Positions 37,419 to 42,893 of a DNA stretch of 42,893 bases are shown piece after piece. Numbering within the stretch: the first letter of the stretch is position 1; each line of letters opens with the position of its first letter. The DNA is from Brevundimonas sp. (lineage in GTDB: Bacteria > Pseudomonadota > Alphaproteobacteria > Caulobacterales > Caulobacteraceae): assembly GCA_022712235.1 (NCBI GenBank), contig JALAGW010000174.1, forward strand, positions 1 to 42,893, given 5' to 3'. Position numbers and translations under genes: made by a program. The notes beneath the pieces are model-generated. The model did no database searches, had not been told where the DNA came from, and saw only the letters and a program-made list of their open reading frames with translations.

Positions 37419-38708
37419 GTGGCCGACGCTGCACTCTCACCGCCTGCTGCCTCCAAACGGAGAATTCTGTTCGCCAGCCTGATCGGCACCACGATCGAAT
37501 TCTTCGACTTCTACATCTACGCCACGGCGGCGGTGCTGGTGTTTCCGACCCTCTTCTTCCCGGGCGAGGACCCGACCACGGCCATGCTGTCGTCCTTCGC
37601 CACCTTTTCCATCGCCTTCTTCGCGCGTCCGGTCGGGGCGGTCATCTTTGGCCATTTCGGCGACAAGGTGGGGCGCAAGGCGACCCTGGTCGCGGCCCTG
37701 ATGACCATGGGACTGTCGACGGTGGCGATTGGCCTGCTGCCGACCTGGCATTCCGTCGGCGTGATCGCGCCGCTGCTGCTGGCCCTGTGTCGGTTCGGTC
37801 AAGGCCTGGGTCTGGGCGGCGAGTGGGGCGGGGCGGTTCTGCTGGCGACCGAGAACGCGCCTCCGGGCAAGAAGGCCTGGTTCGGCATGTTCCCGCAGCT
37901 GGGGGCGCCGATCGGTTTCATCCTGTCGACTCTCAGCTTCATCACCCTGACGGCGACGCTGAGCAATGAGCAGTTCCTGGCCTGGGGCTGGCGCATTCCC
38001 TTTATCGCCAGCTCGCTGCTGGTCTTCGTCGGCCTGTGGGTGCGTCTGCGCATCACTGAGACGCCCGAGTTCAAGAAGGCCATCGACAAGGCCGAGCGCG
38101 TCGAGACGCCGATCCTGACCCTGTTGGCGCGGCACAAGTTCGCGCTGCTGACCGGGACGCTGGCGGGGATGGCCACCTTTGTCCTCTTCTATCTGATGAC
38201 CGTTTTCGCCCTGGGCTGGGGCACGACGGCCATGGGCTATACCCGCGAGCAGTTCCTGCCGATCCAACTTCTGGGTGTCTGCTTCTTCGGCCTGTTCATC
38301 CCGCTGGCGGCCCTGGCGGCGGATCGCTGGGGGCAGGGGCGGACGTTGCTGGTCACGTCCATCGCCATCGCCCTGTTCGGCCTGGTGCTGGCGCCTCTGT
38401 TCGGAAGCGGCGGACTGGCGGGCGTAGTGGCCTTCTTCATCATCGGCTTCAGCCTGATGGGGTGCACCTATGGCCCATTGGGCGCGGCCTTGGCGCGGCC
38501 GTTCCCGACGGCGGTGCGCTACACGGGCGCGTCGATGACCTTCAATCTGGCGGGCATTCTCGGCGCGTCGCTGGCGCCGTTCGCGGCGACCTGGCTGGCG
38601 GGCCACTACGGCCTACAGGCTGTCGGCGCCTATCTGGCCGTCGCCGCCGTCCTGACCATCCTGGCCCTGCTGGGCATGAAACGGATCAAGACGGACGGCG
38701 AGGCGTAA
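37419..38708 (+). CDS. MFS transporter, metabolite:H+ symporter (MHS; ShiA/ProP-like) family
   Basis: GTTIEFFDFYIY, FFARPVGAVIFGHFGDKVGRK, GLGGEWGGAVLLATE, WGWRIPF and ETPEF. GTG 37419 follows AAGGA; ATG 37404 is an alternative. Confidence 0.93.
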   Translation: MADAALSPPAASKRRILFASLIGTTIEFFDFYIYATAAVLVFPTLFFPGEDPTTAMLSSFATFSIAFFARPVGAVIFGHFGDKVGRKATLVAALMTMGLSTVAIGLLPTWHSVGVIAPLLLALCRFGQGLGLGGEWGGAVLLATENAPPGKKAWFGMFPQLGAPIGFILSTLSFITLTATLSNEQFLAWGWRIPFIASSLLVFVGLWVRLRITETPEFKKAIDKAERVETPILTLLARHKFALLTGTLAGMATFVLFYLMTVFALGWGTTAMGYTREQFLPIQLLGVCFFGLFIPLAALAADRWGQGRTLLVTSIAIALFGLVLAPLFGSGGLAGVVAFFIIGFSLMGCTYGPLGAALARPFPTAVRYTGASMTFNLAGILGASLAPFAATWLAGHYGLQAVGAYLAVAAVLTILALLGMKRIKTDGEA

Positions 38709-38711
38709 GGG

Positions 38712-39524
38712 TCAGATGTCCGAGCCGTAGGCCGCGTCGGTCACGGCATAGACCATGATGCCGGTGGCGATGGCCAGGTTCAGGCTGTCGGCGCGGCCTC
38801 TCATAGGGATCTTGACGTTCAAGTCGCAGGCGGCGGCCAGTTCATCGGTCAGCCCGGCTTGCTCGTTGCCCATCAGGATCAGGGCCGGATGCTGCACGGG
38901 GCTGTCGCGGTAGCCATGCTTCGCGTCCAGGCGGGTGCCGATGACGCTGCCGGGCCATTTGGCGCGCCAGGCCAGGAATTCCTCACGCGAGGCCTTGCTG
39001 ACAGTCACGGCGAAGACCGAACCCATGGTGGCCCGCACGGCCTCGACCGAGAAGGGATCGACACAGTCGCCGATCAGGATGACCCCGCCGCAGCCGGCGG
39101 AATCCGCCGTGCGGATGATGGTGCCCAGATTGCCCGGATCGCGCACCTGCTCCAGCGCCACCCAGCAGGGCTTGTCGTCGGGCTGAATAGCGTCCAGCGG
39201 CGTATAGACCTGTTCGAACACGCCCAGCACGGTCTGCGGATTGTCGCGACGGCTGATCTTTTCGAGGATGGCGTGGGTGACGACGATGATCTGGCCGCCA
39301 GCCTTTTTCGTCTCGGCCTTGGCGCGGTCCAGCAGCGGGTGAGGCCGGGCCTCATCGCCGACCAGCAGCATGACCGGGGCGCGGCCCTGATCCAGGGCTT
39401 CGCCGATGAACTTCAGGCCTTCGGCCAGGAAGCGGCCGGTCAGGTCGCGCTCCTTGCGCATATGCAGGGCGCGGACCGACTTGATGGTGTCGTTGGTCAG
39501 GGAGGTGATGACGCGCTCGACCAT
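38712..39524 (-). CDS. TrmH/SpoU-family RNA 2'-O-methyltransferase
   Basis: ITSLTNDTIK, VRDPGNLGTIIRTAD, MGNEQAGL and IPMRGRADSLNLA. Confidence 0.93.
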   Translation of the reverse strand: MVERVITSLTNDTIKSVRALHMRKERDLTGRFLAEGLKFIGEALDQGRAPVMLLVGDEARPHPLLDRAKAETKKAGGQIIVVTHAILEKISRRDNPQTVLGVFEQVYTPLDAIQPDDKPCWVALEQVRDPGNLGTIIRTADSAGCGGVILIGDCVDPFSVEAVRATMGSVFAVTVSKASREEFLAWRAKWPGSVIGTRLDAKHGYRDSPVQHPALILMGNEQAGLTDELAAACDLNVKIPMRGRADSLNLAIATGIMVYAVTDAAYGSDI

Positions 39525-39525
39525 G

Positions 39526-40422
39526 TCAGGCGCTCCAGCGGGCGAAGAAGGAAAGGCCGATGGAGCGGGCGTTCGGGCCGTCCTCGGACAGGGCCAGTTC
39601 GCCCCAGTCAATGCGTCCGCCACGATCATGGGTCGCCTCGGCCATCATGTGCGCCAGCGACAAGCCCGAGATCCGCGCCGCATAGGCGTTCAGCAGCAGG
39701 AAGGAGGCGTCGTCGGACAAGAGGGCGGCGCAGTCCTTCAGCAGGCCCGGCATGTCCTCGAACAGGCGCCAAACCTCGCCGTTGGCGCCGCGCCCGTACT
39801 TCGGCGGGTCCAGGATAACGCCGTCGTACTTCGAGCCGCGACGAACTTCGCGCGCCACGAACTTGCGGGCGTCCTCGACGATCCAGCGGATCGGACGGTC
39901 GGCCAGGCCCGAAAGCTCCGCGTTCTCACGAGCGTAGGCGACGGACTTCTTGGAGGCGTCGACGTGGGTGACGTGCGCCCCCGCCGCCGAACAGGCCAGG
40001 CTGGCCACGCCGGTGTAGCCGAACAGGTTGAGGATCTTAGGCTGCTTCAGGGTGCGGACGCGGGCGTCCAGCCATTCCCAGTTCGCCGCCTGCTCTGGGA
40101 AAAAGGCCAGGTGGCGGAAGGGGGTGAACCGGCCCATGAAGCGCACGTCGCGCCATTGCAGAGGGAAGGCGTCGATCGGTCCGTGCTTGTCGAAGCGCCA
40201 GCGGCCGGAATCCTCTTCCTCCTGTTGCGGGTCGAACATGGCGTTGGCGTTCTCGAACGCGCCTTCGTCATGGGCCTTCCAGAAACACTGCGGCTCGGGC
40301 CGAACCACGGTGTAGCGACCGTAGCGTTCCAGTTTGCGGCCGTCGCCGCTGTCCAGCAGGGCGTAGTCCGACCAGCCTCGCGTGACGAGGGTTTCGGGAG
40401 AAGGAGAGAGAACCGGAGCCAT
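39526..40422 (-). CDS. Class I SAM-dependent methyltransferase (RlmI/RlmK-like)
   Basis: YALLDSGDGRKLERYG, FPEQAANW, LNLFGYTG, HVDAS and ILDPPKYGRG. Start MAPVLSP at 40422. Confidence 0.9.
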   Translation of the reverse strand: MAPVLSPSPETLVTRGWSDYALLDSGDGRKLERYGRYTVVRPEPQCFWKAHDEGAFENANAMFDPQQEEEDSGRWRFDKHGPIDAFPLQWRDVRFMGRFTPFRHLAFFPEQAANWEWLDARVRTLKQPKILNLFGYTGVASLACSAAGAHVTHVDASKKSVAYARENAELSGLADRPIRWIVEDARKFVAREVRRGSKYDGVILDPPKYGRGANGEVWRLFEDMPGLLKDCAALLSDDASFLLLNAYAARISGLSLAHMMAEATHDRGGRIDWGELALSEDGPNARSIGLSFFARWSA

Positions 40423-40439
40423 CCGGCGCTGATAGGCGC

Positions 40440-41864
40440 TCAGGCGGCCGCTCGTCCAGCGTCGGCGATCAATGGCGCCAGGATCGGCGCTGTTTCCTCG
40501 CAGGCGATATCGGGGCGATGGGCGGTCTTGTCCCAGCGATGAGGTTCCAGGATCAAGCGAACGAAGGCGTGTGCGAAGGCCAGGCTGAGCAGCGACCAGT
40601 AGAAGGGAGCCGCGACCATGTCGCCGATGGTGAAGGGCGTGCTGGCGCGCCGGGCGCCCAGCGCGGCAGCAAGAAGGGCCACGGCAGCCCCGCCCACCAG
40701 GATTCCCAGTCCGAACCACGGCGTCTGGGGCAGGTGGCGGGCCAGCAGGGCCATCAGAAAGAAGATGCCTATCCAGGCGACAGACAGGGCGTGCAGGGCC
40801 GCCGAGGCCACGGCCGCGCCGATCGTCAGGGCCAGAGCGAGCCAGCCTCGCCATCCCATGCCCGACCCGGATCGGGTGTGAACGCACAGGGGCTGCATAT
40901 AGCCCTTGAGCCAGCGGGTGCGCTGCGGCAGCCAATGGACCAGATGGCCCGGCGGGGTTTCGTAGGTGGGACGGGTCAGCGTGCCGAGCCGCCAGCCGCG
41001 ACGCCATATCCGAAAGCCTAGGTCGGCGTCCTCGGTCACGTTCCAGGCGTCCCAACCGCCGAGCGCCCGCAGAGCCGCAACGCGGAAATGATTGCTGGTG
41101 CCGCCCAGAGGGAAGGGCAGGCCCATGCGGGCCATGGCGGGAAGGGTGACCTCGAAAAGAGCCGCATACTCGGCTGCGAACTGTCGATCGAGGAAGGGCG
41201 AGGCGCGTCGCTGCTTGTGTCGCCGACGGATGCGGAGCGGAGCCTGGAGGCAGACAAGTTCACCATCGTCGGCGGCGAACCGAGCGGCGGCCTCCCTCAG
41301 TTGCAGGGGGTCCGGATCATCCTCGGCGTCATAGACGGTCAGCAGTTCGCCCCGCGCCACAGAGAGGGCGTGGTTCAGAGCGCGGGGTTTGGTCGCGGGG
41401 GCTCCGGGCGGCGCGATCAACACCTGAAGCCAGTCCGGCAGGGTCAGGGCGCTTGCGGCGTCGATAGTCGCTTGATCGTGCGCCTCCAGCACCAGATGGC
41501 CGTCCAGAAGCGAGGGCGGATAGTCGATGCTCGCCAACCGCTCGACCAGGTGAGGCAAGACGGCCGCTTCGTCATAGAGCGCCACGACAACGGAGTATCG
41601 CGGCAACGTCATGGGTTGGGCTGAGGGCGGGGCAGAGGGACGCTGGCCGACGACGAGGATCAGACATCGCCACGCTATGACGGCGAGGAACGCCGTTTGC
41701 ACCAGGAGAAGGATGACCCTTCCTGTATAGGCCCAGACCATGAAGGACCCGATCACCCCGCTGGAAAGCACTGCGAGGAAAAGGATTTGTCCGGGAGTGG
41801 CGGTGATCCTGGCCGCGTCTTCCGTCCTTCCCGCATCCATCGACCTCGGGATCGGTCCATGCAT
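40440..41864 (-). CDS. Membrane glycosyltransferase family 2 (cellulose-synthase-like D,D,D,QxxRW motifs)
   Basis: TKPRALN, YDAEDDP, LGGTSNHFR, WNVTEDADLG, QRTRWLKGY and WDKTAH; N- and C-terminal TM helices. Start uncertain (41864 or 41840). Confidence 0.88.
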   Translation of the reverse strand: MHGPIPRSMDAGRTEDAARITATPGQILFLAVLSSGVIGSFMVWAYTGRVILLLVQTAFLAVIAWRCLILVVGQRPSAPPSAQPMTLPRYSVVVALYDEAAVLPHLVERLASIDYPPSLLDGHLVLEAHDQATIDAASALTLPDWLQVLIAPPGAPATKPRALNHALSVARGELLTVYDAEDDPDPLQLREAAARFAADDGELVCLQAPLRIRRRHKQRRASPFLDRQFAAEYAALFEVTLPAMARMGLPFPLGGTSNHFRVAALRALGGWDAWNVTEDADLGFRIWRRGWRLGTLTRPTYETPPGHLVHWLPQRTRWLKGYMQPLCVHTRSGSGMGWRGWLALALTIGAAVASAALHALSVAWIGIFFLMALLARHLPQTPWFGLGILVGGAAVALLAAALGARRASTPFTIGDMVAAPFYWSLLSLAFAHAFVRLILEPHRWDKTAHRPDIACEETAPILAPLIADAGRAAA

Positions 41865-41970
41865 TCGAAGCCCCCGCCGGCTGCAAAGGTTAATCCTTAT
41901 TAAGATTGACGTAACTAATACCGTCGTTCCGTGAAAGGCAAGCGGTTGGCGATTCGGGAAGGTTGGGGCT

Positions 41971-42636
41971 ATGCAGGACGCCTTCCTGTCACGGAGTTCG
42001 GGATTGTCCGGCGACTCGACCCCCACGCCGCGTTCGGCTCGCAAGCCCAAGGGCGAAGGCCATGTCCGGCGCGCAGAAATACTGGCGGCGGCGGAAAGCA
42101 TCTTCGTCGAGCATGGCTATGAAGGCGCGACGATCCGCAAGATCGCCGATGAAGTCGGCCTGTCGTCAACGGCGCTCTACATGCACTTCGCCGACAAGAG
42201 CGAGATGCTGCATGAGATCTGCCGTGGCGCATTTGAGACCTTGATCGCCTCCCACCGGCAGATTTTGGTCGAAGACGAACCGCCGGAAGTGCGGCTCAGG
42301 CGGATGATCGAAGCCTATATCCGGTTCGGTTTCGAGAACCCCAACGCCTATCGCCTGACCTATCTTACGCGTCCGGTCGAGGCGCGCGAGGGCGCGCAGA
42401 CTGTGGCCCAGGAGACGGGCTTCGAGTTGTTCCGATCGTTTGTGGCCGTCGTCGAGCAAGCCGTCGCCGCCGGGCGCATGACGGGCGATCCGACGACTTT
42501 GGCCCAGGCCATCTGGGCCTGCGGTCATGGCATCGTCTCCCTGAGGATCACCAAGCCCTATTTTGAATGGGCGGATCGGGATGAACTGACCCGCGTCACT
42601 CTGGACGCTCTGTTCGCGGGACTGTTGACGACGTGA
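41971..42636 (+). CDS. TetR/AcrR-family transcriptional regulator
   Basis: ILAAAESIFVEHGYEGATIRKIADEVGLSSTALYMHFADKSEML; C-terminal WACGHGIVSL (WHG-like). Confidence 0.93.
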   Translation: MQDAFLSRSSGLSGDSTPTPRSARKPKGEGHVRRAEILAAAESIFVEHGYEGATIRKIADEVGLSSTALYMHFADKSEMLHEICRGAFETLIASHRQILVEDEPPEVRLRRMIEAYIRFGFENPNAYRLTYLTRPVEAREGAQTVAQETGFELFRSFVAVVEQAVAAGRMTGDPTTLAQAIWACGHGIVSLRITKPYFEWADRDELTRVTLDALFAGLLTT

Positions 42637-42893
42637 ACCGGCGCTGCGGGGTGCTTGCCGCCCTCATTCTGCTGACTCCCGTCGCGGTCGAGGCGCGGCC
42701 GCTTCGGGTGCTGTCGCTGGATCAGTGCGCGGACCAGTATGTCCTGGCCTTGGCGCCGGAGGCCGAGCTGGCCCTGTCGTCGCGGGCGGACGACCCGGAT
42801 TCCTGGATGCGTCAGGCGGCGCGCGGGCGGGCGCGGGTTCGACCGACGCTGGAGGCGGCTATCGGCTTTCAGCCCGATGTCGTGGTCCGCTAC
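42633..42893 (+). CDS. ABC transporter substrate-binding protein (cobalamin/iron-siderophore type), 5' part; runs off the window edge
   Basis: Not in the track. GTG overlaps the TetR stop (GTGA): MNRRCGVLAALILLTPVAVEARPLRVLSLDQCADQYVLALAPE...TLEAAIGFQPDVVVRY; signal peptide plus class III SBP motifs. Confidence 0.8.
   Translation, partial: MNRRCGVLAALILLTPVAVEARPLRVLSLDQCADQYVLALAPEAELALSSRADDPDSWMRQAARGRARVRPTLEAAIGFQPDVVVRY

Overview
This is a high-GC chromosomal window from an alphaproteobacterium. Gene content, protein style and promoter style point to Caulobacteraceae (Brevundimonas-like); that assignment is an inference. It is densely coding and mostly housekeeping. In order it holds: (i) a sulfate-assimilation cluster (partial sulfite/nitrite reductase, DUF2849-like gene and cysG on the minus strand, divergent from a GcvA-like LysR gene, fpr, cysD, cysNC and fdxA); (ii) a ~1100-aa autotransporter with Asp-rich DxDxDG repeats, a GT4 glycosyltransferase and a tandem tRNA-Asp duplication; (iii) GNAT, oligopeptidase B, a trypsin-like protease, a TonB_C-like protein, acyl-CoA dehydrogenase, cytochrome b and Sua5; (iv) patatin plus bdhA with a palindromic repeat between them, yaaA, FAD oxidoreductase, NUDIX, SPFH-NfeD, rnhA, tatABC, glnA-glnB, nnrD and tRNA-Leu; (v) an APC permease, hrpB, an MFS transporter, two RNA methyltransferases, GT2, TetR and a partial ABC substrate-binding protein. 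I saw no CRISPR array, integrase, transposase, prophage or defence system, and I cannot support a wholly novel multi-gene system. The best leads are regulatory or structural. A 39-bp motif recurs in front of cysG, fpr and cysD (candidate regulon of a non-CysB LysR). Both tRNA-Asp copies carry a trailer hairpin that pairs with the CCA end. ptrB has a second SD+ATG just after its Tat signal (possible dual localisation). PhaR-like boxes sit at both bdhA and glnB. A cluster of odd substitutions in the cysG methyltransferase motif may be a consensus error. All family calls come from motif recognition by eye; no database searches were run.
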